Assembly (NCBI RefSeq): GCF_023055435.1
Contig: NW_025963835.1
Location: 22,134,001-22,198,000, forward strand
Source: Haliotis rufescens
Taxonomy: Eukaryota
Direction: 5' to 3'
Length of the DNA: 64,000 bases
Of this stretch, positions 53,417-64,000 are shown in pieces (positions within the stretch are counted from its first letter, which is position 1; each line of letters begins with the position of its first letter). The position numbers and the translations under genes are program-made. The notes under the pieces were generated by a model. It saw nothing but the letters and a program-made list of their open reading frames with translations, ran no database searches and had not been told where the DNA came from.

Positions 53417-56400
53417 TATTTTATACAAATAGGGCATCATATCATATACTGTTTGGAGATAAAAGTTGTATCACTCTAACACCTGGAACTGTTTGTAATA
53501 TTGTTTACTTTATATATTCTACGTGCATGAGGACCATAGTTAAGCAGTACAGAATGAATGAAAGTGTCTCAGAATCTCTGCTCATATGGATTGCACATTC
53601 CTGAACCTCTGTCTCTCCGACACATATGAATAAATAGAGAAAGGAACTCAAGTCTAGAATGATTTGGCCAGTCCTAAATGCCTGAGCCCTGGGCCTGATT
53701 AATAAACATTGTTCTAGGTGCTATTTGGATTTTATTTTACCTATTTATTTTACAAGCATGATAACTCTTTGTTTCTTGGACAACCTGGAATCTTATCAGG
53801 GTTTCTGAAATAAATAAAATATAGTTGTATCTTGTAGTTAACCACCTTATGCCATGCGCAGAGATTGCTTTGCTCTTGCATATAACAAGTAGGGAAAGAT
53901 ATATTGTATTAGTATGGAGCTTGGTGACAAAAGGTTTTTACTGTGTTGGGTATGAAAGTAATAGCAAAGACATGTCAATGTTTCGATCAGGGCTACTGTG
54001 CATCACTGAATGTTTCGGAGATGGGCGAGTTGGGTTGACTCAGTAATTCGCGTAAATTTCGATCTGTCCGAAGTCGAGGCTTGCAAATACAGTACAGCAC
54101 AATCTTCAAAGACACATAAACTACATGTTATATACCTGATGTGCAGATTGTGAGTTAAACATCGTATCACGCAATGACAGCCGAGACAGCGATGCGCTCG
54201 TTAGACGTCAACTAGTTTAGCGGAAGATAGTGTCACGTGCATACATAAGCCACGCCCACTCACGAATATTGTAGATTTAAGACCATTGTAGGTTTAAGGG
54301 CACAACATACGTATGATATTTAATTATTTTGGCATTTGCATACAAATGATAAAGTTTATATTTATAACGGCAGTTTCCTCTTTGAAAGAGACTATAATAC
54401 AATTAAGCTATAACATTGTAAAACAATGTTTTATTCTTTTTATTCATGACAACTTGCCGTTGACATTACAACTTGCTAATTAGAATCGTGCAAGGCATTT
54501 TTGGTGTGTCCTTTAGGGTCCGACCATTTGATTTGATTTGTATCGAATAAAACATTGCTCGAAAAAACCCTAAAATGCATCATACTGTTTGAATAAAATA
54601 CACTTGTTTGCCACAAAGAAACATTGTTGCAAAGTGTTTAATAAAAAATATTCAGGGCTCATTGCTTTATTTAGAAATGGGCGGTCCCTTCCACAAGCAA
54701 AGATGACATGTATGGCTAATGTCATTCCCACCAGAAGCGTGACATCTTAAAACTGTAAGAATAAAATAGATATGGAGTACATTGACACGCATATAAGTGT
54801 GCTAGAGTTCTGACCTTTGTCATTGTGATTTCCCATTAGATGTTTTGCAGGTAACCAGGAGTATTTGTTCGAATCCCATATTCACCCCAATAAATTGCTC
54901 TTGGTTTGTCTGCACCATATTCAAGCTCGTGAGTTTCTACACTGTTACTTTAAACGTTCCTCCCACATTATGCTGACATGTCCTTATATCACTGAAATAT
55001 TGTTTAAAGCAGACTAAAGCCCAACACCACTCAGGTAATCATCCGGGGCGAAATAAACTATTAGAATATCGCTTGTTTACCCACTGCACAGGGGTTTTAC
55101 TTGAGGTAAAACATGTGAAATCCCGAATCTGTTCTTGTCTCTTATCAACAACTGTATAAAACGTGTATACTACATTGTAACAGACGTATGGGTTGATGAC
55201 GTGTCAATATGTATGTGTACGGGTGTGTATATGTGTCTACTCTTAGAAGCAGATCATATAGAGTTTCCTCTTTGTGGATATTTGGGTTGTCATTGTTTCC
55301 CAATTATGCCTTTGATCATTGAATGCTTAACAACGACAGTACATACACATTAGGACTACCTCATTACAGATTCTTTTTCAATTTCATATAACATAATCGT
55401 GATGATTTTCCTTTGCCAGACATCATGTGGGATCTTGTCTCAGTTGCTGAGATCAAGGATCATCTGACCGAGTGTCCAATATGTAAAGAACACTTTGATG
55501 AGTCGACACGAATTCCACGTCGTATGCCGTGCTGTGTACAGTCCTTATGTCAACCATGTCTAGAAACCTGCAGTAGAGGCACAACAGTCTTAGACTGCCC
55601 CATGTGTCGACATCGACATTACCTTACAGGCGGTGTTAAATCTCTTCCCAAAGAGACTGTCATCCTGAAGTTTCTGGACTACCTCAAGATCCAGAAAGGT
55701 CTCCATCTTCCATGTTCAGATTGTCCTGACAAGGAAACGGCTGTAGCCCAGTGTGACAACTGTGGAACATTTTTATGTTCCATCTGCCTAAATGCTCACA
55801 AACGAAATATGGTAACAAAAGCCCACACAATAAATACCTTCCACGAGATGAAGGGCCGACCTGTACAGAGTTTCCGTCGTGTACATCAGTGTAGTCACCA
55901 CCAACAACCTCTACAGTTCTACTGTCACACTTGTGACAAGGTTGTCTGTGTGTCCTGCACTGTAGTAGATCACGATAAAGGGAAGGGGCACAACGTCCTG
56001 TCCGTGGATGAAGCACACAAAGAAAAGATAAAATCCACTGATGAAGTTTTGGTCAAGATGGAGGAAAAGACGAAAAGACTGAGCAAAACAGAGTCAGATC
56101 TTAACATGAAGATAGAGGACTGTCAAAGCGCGTATCAAGAGATGATATCAACAGAGTCTTTGACAACTTGATCGATGCTCTGAAGCAAAGACAAAAAATC
56201 CTTCTGTCTGATGTTGAGGAGAAATCAGCTAAAAGTCTCAAGCTAACAGAGCAGGCGCTGGATGCAACAAGACTACTGCTGAGGAATGCGAGGTCATCTA
56301 TAGAATACACGCGACAGATGAGCAGCACAGCTGACAGGATAGAATACATGTTGAAGGAGGAGTCACCAAAGGAAATACCCTTCGTCATGACTGGAGTTAA

Positions 56401-56768
56401 TTTTGTCCAAGCAAATGTAAAACATCTTCAGGATACTATCAAGGTGGCAGGAATGGTCAGATCAGTCACGTTCTCCCCAACGGAGACGTCGCATGGTGTG
56501 GAAGATTCTGCAGCATACACCGCTATCATTGTGGAACCAGCCGAGTTACCTTCAGGTAGGTAGTACTAAATAATATATTTCTCATGGAAATAACAGATAC
56601 GATAGACAGACAGTATGAAGTAAGTGTACGAAGCGTATAAAAGGGAAATCACTCAACATAACTGCAATACAACATGTTAAACACGCGTGATTTTACTTTA
56701 CTGATTTCACTGTAAAATATTGACAAGGAGTTCTTTACATTTATAAATTCGAGCAATATTTGGTAAAG

Positions 56769-57040
56769 TTGGTTGGTTGGTTGGTTGGTTGTTTAACGCC
56801 GCACTCAGCAATATTCCAGCTATATGACGGTGGTCTGTAAATAATCGAGTCTGGGCCAGACAATCCAGTGATTAATTTCATGAGCATTGATCAAAGCAAT
56901 TGAGATCGACGACATGCATCAACCAAGTCAGCGAGCCTGACCACCCGATCCCGTTAGTCGCCTCTTACGACAAGCAGAGTCACCTTTTACGGCAAGCATG
57001 GGTCGTTGAAGACCTATTCTAGCCCGGATCTTCACGGGTC
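56769..57040 (-). mobile_element. SINE family 2 (GTCGTAAGAGGCGAC core, no tRNA head), full length
   Basis: 13-bp TSD atatttggtaaag; (CAAC)n tail; 3' end shared with family 1. Confidence 0.85.
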
Positions 57041-58243
57041 ATATTTGGTAAAGACCTATTTTAGAACAATAGATTTTTGGTTCTCATGTAAATTAAATAT
57101 CATACTCATCCTCAATTTCACAACTGTCACAATGTGTACATACACAATGAAACACCTGAACAACAGATCCTTTTGTTATAAGATCCAACATGGGCAAAAG
57201 CAGTAGGGAAAAAAGGTCTATCCCAAATTTTCTTTTCAAGGTGTCATCCCAACCTTTTAACATTAAACAACAATCTATCCCCAACAACCTACCCAACAGC
57301 TTACAACTCTATATTGGCACTGGACATGCATACTGTAACCTCAGCTCCCCAAAGTATGGCATTTACTACATTTTCATTTCACAAATAATATTATTGGAGA
57401 CTTGTTTCCATCAAACAATATTGTAGCTGGCTCGAAATATAAATGGCTTTTGGTCTTGAGCAATTTATAAATGGGAATAAAAACATTTGATGCTGGTGTA
57501 GCCTACAAGGCAGGATGAAAAACGCTATACCCAGGTATTTGTAGTAAGATACTACAATTTTCAGTCGTATGTACATCGAATTTATTGTATGTTTCTGATG
57601 CGTTCGAAAAAGATCCACCCGTCGTCCCAAGACGGTTTTCTTTGTTTGCTAAATTACATGATTTCCTACTTTTGTACAACGTTCCCGTCTCAAGACTTAA
57701 TTACGTGACGCTATTCCAAAGAAAATGTAGTATTGATTGTTGTCATGTCTTTCTATGTGGAAATGTTATACTATGTGCCACCCGCAGTGATAAATCGGTA
57801 TTAAGGTTTGGAGTTCTGATGCATCTGAACAAGTGAGAAATGTCAAAACAGGGATTTGCATCATTCTTGTCACTGATGCGTCAATTTTGGAAATGTTATC
57901 AACGTCAAATGTCTACCATACATGTTTTTGAAAACTTTACTGAGGCCTTGAATTTTGTAACCTTGATCAAACAACTTTTGAGCAAGAGTCCTATGACTCT
58001 TTTTGAAATCGTCAAAGAACAGCATGCTCGATTGCACCTCAAAACAATGGAAACCCCAAAGACCGGACCCGCTGGATTCAGCTTGATATCAAGAGGAAAT
58101 TGACTACTGGAAAGTTGAAGTCATCACTCTAGTTATACGGTCTGGTGAATTTGTTTGGCTATTCTGAATCTTTATTCATAAATATAAATATGAAACTGAT
58201 GAGGCGGTATCATTTGTCTCTTTTATTTCTACTTCATGTTGGT

Positions 58244-58381
58244 TGGTTGGTTGGTTTGTTGTTTTACGCCGCGCTCAGCAATATTCCAGTTATATCACGG
58301 CGGTCTGTAAATAATCGAGAATAGACCAGACAATCCAGTGATTGATATCATGAGCATCGATCCACGCAAATGGGATCGATG
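58244..58381 (-). mobile_element. SINE family 2, 5'-truncated
   Basis: TSD acttcatgttggt. Confidence 0.75.
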
Positions 58382-59024
58382 ACTTCATGTTGGTAAATCA
58401 GTGGAAGGGAATTGGCTATTTAGCCATAATGGAATTATATGAGATCAAACGTATTATCCAAATTACCTAGTTTTGACTTTGCCAAGCAGGGCAGAAATTC
58501 TGATCCATATGTAAAAAGAACAGATAAGTAAGAAGGGGAGCAAAACTGATGCCCAAGGTGATGACTTCTTTCTTGCCTAAATATCTACGGCAAATATTCA
58601 GATGCATCAGAATGACACGACCCCGTCCAGTGAAGTTTGTACTTCTGTTTCATCCCGCGATACTGTTATAACGGGTAATGTATGCAATCAAAATGGTAAG
58701 AGCAGGCAGTCCGTGTACATGGGACACACATAAAGATTAATATCTTGTTTCAGTGATCGAGATGGACCGGAAGATGTCTGACCAGGAGATAACATGTAAG
58801 ATCTGCGCCCTTGACGACATGATGTTACAAGATATTTTTCATTGGTTTTGTATCTGTCAGTTGATTTCGAGAGGTTACGACCGCTTTCGAGATCTGATCT
58901 TTGTGCTTACCTTTTGATAGTTTAGTACAGAAGTTTTATTAGTGGTCGCGTTAGCAATGTTGCATATCATGCATGTGTTGCCTGATCTTTGAATGTTATG
59001 TAATAGAAGTATGTAGGAGAAGAA

Positions 59025-59393
59025 AGCCTCCTTGATGTAGTGGATAAAAACGTCCGTCCGGTGAGCGGAATGTCGGAGGTTCGATCCCCAGTCACGTCAT
59101 ACCAAAAGACATTAAAATATGGTACTTGTTGTTACCCTACCTGGCGCCCGGCACTAAGGGAACAAAATTAGGACTGGTCGTCTCGGAGTCAGCATACTAA
59201 GTGGGGTATCCATGTTAAAATTGTGGCATGGTATCTCAGTTGGCTAGCACTTCGGCAGTCGTCCTCACTAGTACAAGTAGCCACACACATACAAACACAC
59301 ACTTACATACACACCCTCGCGCGCCCGGGCATGCATGTAATACGTGTAATAATCCTGAAGTTGTATATATTAAACCCAACTTAACCACCTCAC
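59025..59393 (+). mobile_element. tRNA-derived SINE, family 4
   Basis: Aligns with 47943-48285; flanked by gagaagaa. Confidence 0.75.
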
Positions 59394-59463
59394 CAGAGAG
59401 AAGAAGAACGCCTTGGCTTTAACACTTCTAACTTAATACATAATAGATCAATGATAGCTCATA

Positions 59464-59747
59464 GTGAGTGAGTGAGTGAGTTGGGTTTAACGCCGCTTTT
59501 AACATTATTCCAGTTATATCACGGCGTGTCAGCTTAATGTGGGAGGAAAGCCCGAAGTGATACAGGTCTCAGACGTTTACCACTTCGGTGAAACCCACGA
59601 GCACGGGTATGGTGCTGACATACCTAGAAACATAATCGGGGCGAATCGGGATTCGAACCCACAATCATAAGTTTCTGTCGTGCCCAAGGGACGCAACTCT
59701 GCACAGCGAATCGCGGCGCCTTAGACGACTGGGACACCCGTGCCCCC
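59464..59747 (-). mobile_element. tRNA-derived SINE, family 3 (long A-to-B-box spacer), full length
   Basis: A box GTGTCCCAGTCGTCTAAGG, B box GGTTCGAATCC, (ACTC)n tail, imperfect 13-bp TSD atga(t/c)agct(c/t)ata. Confidence 0.85.
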
Positions 59748-60619
59748 ATGACAGCTTATAACTTTCATTTGGTAGATTGACTAAATTGTCGGTAAAAAAC
59801 GTATTAAGTGATATATATGTTAGCTACAAGAAGACATGTTGGTACTCATTACGAATGTTTTTTTTATCACAGGCCCGACTCTGGAATGGGACACAAACAC
59901 TGCAAAATGCATCATTGACGTATCTGAATGTGTAATCACAAACACACGACCGGCTGTTATTTCTCCGAACACAGGATGTCGGATACGAAATGCCTGATCA
60001 TGTCTAGCGTCCAGACCTTTGGTGGTCCGAAACAGTCCTGGGCAGCGTTGCATGTATGGAATAAAGTTGCGGTTATCTATAAAGACATTGGTAGGAAGTA
60101 ATAAACTTATACAAGAGATAGCCCTGACCTCCTCTCCTGAAGATGCTGTCCGGCCGCAACACATTGGACTGAGTGTATATGTTGCAACATGCTCCACCCA
60201 CAACCAACAGCTGTGTCTTCGGGTAAAGTACAATAAAAAGCTCCTCAATCACATTCCACTCACTGAGAACAGAGTTGGACAGTCTTATGACCTTCAGCTA
60301 TACTTTCTACTGGATGGAGCTAGTGACAAAATATTAGTTGTTAATGCCATTGACAATTCAGTGTACACCACTGTTACAGATGTAGAATTTGACAGACCGC
60401 TGTGGGTTATGATGTATGTTTGTGATCCTACAAAAGCGGTTGTAAGAGGAGAACTGATATCCGGCCACAAAATCCAAGGAACCTTTGCCAACTTTAATCT
60501 GTAGAATCTGTAGAACATATTAACATTTTAACAATAGATTTTTGTAAATAAAGTGTTTGAATCTGAATTTCCCACACAGTACTGTCAGTGATCATGAGCA
60601 CGCGATTTGTTTGGAAATG

Positions 60620-60789
60620 AGTGAGTGAGTGACAGAGTATGGTTTTAGGCCGCTTTTAGCAATATTCCATCAATATCACGGCGGGGGACACAAGAAATGG
60701 GCTTCACACATCGTACCCATGTCGGGAATAGAACCCGGATCATCGGCGGGACGAGCGAACGCTTTAACCACTAGGCTACCCGACCGCCC
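60620..60789 (-). mobile_element. tRNA-derived SINE, family 1
   Basis: 12-bp TSD tgtttggaaatg. Confidence 0.88.
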
Positions 60790-60961
60790 TGTTTGGAAAT
60801 GCTGGTAGTGGTGCTGAACGATGTAGGATGTAGACATATGGAGGGCATTTGTCTTTTGTTGGCTCGCACGAACCCATGACTAGCATTTGCATGCATTTTT
60901 GTGGCGTGCTATCGGAAGGGCAAGCAACGCTGACATTCATTATTATGCTTCAGGCTGTTGT

Positions 60962-61485
60962 AAAGGTATTTGTCATTGATAATGATAGACACAACAGCCT
61001 AATGTTCTATATGAGGTCACATGTGCACGGGTTATCAACATGATATGTGTGGACTTTGTACATCCAAACCATACCAGTCACATTGATCTGTGCCGCCCAC
61101 ATATATCTGCATCTCCCTTGACTCCTTAGAGAGACCATGCTCGATTGTACATCAAACGTTTTGAAATGTTTACGCCATCAGCAAAGTCACAGATACTGAC
61201 CACGCAATCCAATTTTTCGCAACGATCAGCAATAGAATCCTATATGTTCGAAGCTAGTTCCCTACATGATTCATACATGGGCGCTGATATCGAGACCTTA
61301 CACTTGTGAAAGGTATTTGTCATTGATAATGATAGACACAACAGCCTAATGTTCTATATGAGGTCACATGTGCACGGGTTATCAACATGATATGTGTGGA
61401 CTTTGTACATCCAAACCATACCCTGGGTCCGTGTTCCAGTCACATTGATCTGTGCCGCCCACATATATCTGCATCTCCCTTGACT
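60962..61485. repeat. Near-identical ~165-bp direct repeat (60962-61124 and 61309-61485)
   Basis: Identical apart from a ~15-bp indel. Confidence 0.88.
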
Positions 61486-61684
61486 CATGAAAGCCAATTC
61501 GATCGTGTCTATGTCTGTATGTCAGGGTGATGCGACCACAGATCCCTTTTACAGGAAGGTAGGTCCCAAACAAGTTGTAGCGTCAGTGTGTGTTACCACT
61601 TGAGACTTAAGGTTTAAAATTAGGAAGGTTTGACGCGCCTTTCAACATGTCCTTTATAATTTGTTTCATTTAACAAATTGAATT

Positions 61685-61692
<8 letters not shown>

Positions 61693-61763
<71 letters not shown>
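61693..61763. repeat. (CA)n(TA)n microsatellite
   Basis: Direct read. Confidence 0.95.
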
Positions 61764-61764
<1 letters not shown>

Positions 61765-61982
61765 TTGTTTTTTGCCTAACGCCGCACTCGAGACTGGACC
61801 AGACAATCAAGTGATTGACATCATGCGCATCGATCCACACAAATGGGATACGATGACATGTATCAACCAAGTCAGCGAGCCTGACGATCCGATCCCGTTA
61901 GTCGCCTCTTACAACAAGCATGGTCGCCTTTTACGGCAAGCACGTGGTACTGAAGACCATTCTACCCCGGATCTACACGGGT
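61764..61982 (-). mobile_element. SINE family 2
   Basis: Consensus body and 5' end. Confidence 0.78.
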
Positions 61983-62243
61983 TATATATATCAAGGCAAT
62001 TTTCATTTAAGGTATTGAAAACATTAATAATCATGCTTTCATTAAACTGTACCACCTTAACACGAAAGAAGTTAGCATGAAATCCATCTCTATCATGAAC
62101 CATCACAATTATTTTCTCTGTACTAATTGATATAATTGGATTGCGTGTTTTCATATAGATAGGGGGCATAATGTAAGAGGACTGTCATACAAATTAATAT
62201 TGCAACATTCATTATCGAGTTGTGTGTGCTTTTCGCAGGAACA

Positions 62244-63420
62244 ATGTCTGACTCTCTCTCATCGTCACATGTCCAAAGTTATCTCACAGAGTGTCCAGTA
62301 TGTTCTGAACAATTTGATGATGCCGCGCGCCTTCCCCGCCGTATGTCGTGTTGTGTACAGTGTATCTGTCAGCCATGTTTACAGCAGATCTACAATGAAG
62401 AAGACAAGACGTTGCTCTGCCCTGTCAGTCACCACAAGCACGAACTTCATAATGGAGTTACCTCTCTTCCGACTGAGCCTATCACATCGAAGATACTAGA
62501 CTACCAGAAAATCCAAAGAAATGAGCGGGTGGTATGTACAGATTGCCCAAGCAGCAACGAGGCAATAGCACGTTGTGAAGAATGCTGTGTATTTTTATGC
62601 AAGGAATGCAGGATAACCCATGATCAACACAGATTGTCACGACATCACAGAACTCATACATTTGAGGAGATTAAAGGTCAGCCGATCCAGGCCTTGAGAC
62701 GACTGCACGAATGCGGCCATCACCCACAGCGTCAGGAATACTTCTGCAATACCTGCGAGAAGATCATATGTGTTTCCTGCACTGTAGAGGAGCATCGAGA
62801 AGGAGCGGGACACATGTTTGTACCTGTGGATAAAGCACACCAAGAAAAATCAATACATGTTGATAACATGTTAAATCAACTTGACGAAAAGGCTGTAGAA
62901 CTGAGTCAAACAGAACAAGAATTGTTACACAAAGTCGACAACATGCACGTGTCAGCACTTGCAGCGAGACAGGACATCAACAAATGCTTTGAGAAGATGT
63001 TAGAGGAGTTGCAACAAAGGAAAGCAACTCTTTTGTCAGACGTTGAGGAGAGAACCGGCGCTGATGTAAAGCTGACCGAAGAGATCCTCCAGTCAACCAG
63101 AGAGCTGCTGGCGAAGGTGAGATCCTCAACAGAGTACATTAGACAGATGAGAAGCATGGCAGATAACATCGAGGATCTTCATCTGATGCTTTCCTCTACA
63201 CCCTCACTGAATGGCATACTAGCTGAGGAGCCAAAGAAAGTGGAATTTGTAAGCAGGGGAACATCCTTTGTCCCAGCCAATCTGAATAATCTCGCGTCCA
63301 CTATCAAGGTGACAGGCATGGTCAGGTCTGTCACATACACGCCAACCCAGAGGCCAAAATATGTACCACAGAAGACGATATATAACACCATCACACTGGA
63401 GCCAGCTGAGGTACCTGCAG
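62244..63420 (+). CDS. TRIM copy E (more divergent paralogue), coding exon 1; downstream exons lie outside the window
   Basis: Acceptor tttcgcag, ATG 62244, RING/B-box1/B-box2/coiled coil, ends ITLEPAEVPA G|gtcggt (phase 1, homologous donor). Confidence 0.88.
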
Positions 63421-63820
63421 GTCGGTTTCTGAAATAGTTCAAATATTTCAATACCTTTGTGACCCTATCTTAAACTGGTTGTTCGATTCTGTTGTTTTAA
63501 GCTTGTTTATTTAATTTGCTGTTATTGCTTTTATGTATATTCCAGCAAAATCATAGCAATATGTACATAACCGACTGAAAATGGTTGGCCTTTTAGCGAT
63601 ATCTCATGCAGTTTTAATGTCCTCTCCCAGCAATCATTGATTACTTGGGACGAATTCTTGTCCCTCAATTCACACTAGAGAACGTCATATATGACCATGG
63701 AATTAACTGAACATATGCCATATGTATCCCAATGTCGCAAGTAGTAAGCAGTTCACACACTACGATCACCCGGACCCAAGAAAGTCACTAAACCGTACCT
63801 CATTGATCCAATCTAGTCAC

Positions 63821-63945
63821 CGAAGTGGTAAACGTCTGAGACCTGCATCACTTCGGGCTTTCCTCCCACATTAAGCTGTCACGCCGTGATATAACTGGAA
63901 TATTGTTAAAAGTGGCGTTAAACCCAACTCACTCACTCCCTCACT
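63821..63945 (+). mobile_element. SINE family 3, 5'-truncated
   Basis: 15-bp TSD tccaatctagtcacc. Confidence 0.8.
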
Positions 63946-64000
63946 CCAATCTAGTCACCTCTTACGAAAGGAAATTGAGAGCTGGGGGGCCAGTTCTATG

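Larger units (their letters stand above)
55425..60504 (+). pseudogene. TRIM copy C pseudogene (exons 55425-56555, 58754-58795, 59873-60504)
   Basis: Same exon structure and splice sites. A 7-bp deletion near 56120 frameshifts the coiled coil; an in-frame deletion of ~13 codons near 56345; TGA at 59995-59997 in the last exon. Confidence 0.88.

Noticed and set aside
57190-57545. L1/Tx1-like LINE fragment in intron 2 of C
   Set aside because: Only vague similarity; no diagnostic motif could be read.
59995-59997. In-frame TGA as selenocysteine
   Set aside because: Paralogues have Tyr or Thr here, not Cys; the gene is already frameshifted upstream; I saw no SECIS.
60720-60789. tRNA genes at the SINE heads, and a tRNA-like stretch at 8283-8344
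   Set aside because: The heads run into SINE bodies with tails and TSDs and lack a full cloverleaf; the 8283 copy has only a T-arm and acceptor remnant.

Overview
Eukaryotic, AT-rich, repeat-dense animal DNA. The SINE, Penelope and Tc1 content looks molluscan, plausibly abalone/gastropod (an inference from repeat motifs only). The window holds a tandem, same-strand cluster of five TRIM paralogues: RING, B-box1, B-box2, coiled coil, a 42-48 nt microexon, and a last exon encoding a very divergent PRY/SPRY (B30.2)-like domain. Copy B (29691-40872) reconstructs as an intact 615-aa gene. Copy A (2347-18523) has one nonsense codon in its last exon. Copy C (55425-60504) has a frameshift and a stop. 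Copy D (~22560-24673) is a 5'-truncated relic. Copy E (from 62244) runs off the window. A and B sit in a recent ~27-kb-offset duplication. Between A and B the B30.2-like exon shows far more replacement than silent change, unlike the RBCC exon. Intron 2 of A carries a full-length 8.3-kb ISL2EU-type (PHIS/Harbinger-related) transposon: THAP-HTH-DDE transposase plus a convergent SAP-SWIM-YqaJ gene, imperfect TIRs, AT target duplication, and an empty site in B. Also present are two Tc1 relics, a CR1/L2-like LINE relic, a Penelope-like relic, MITE-like elements and at least four SINE families. All alignments and counts were done by eye.
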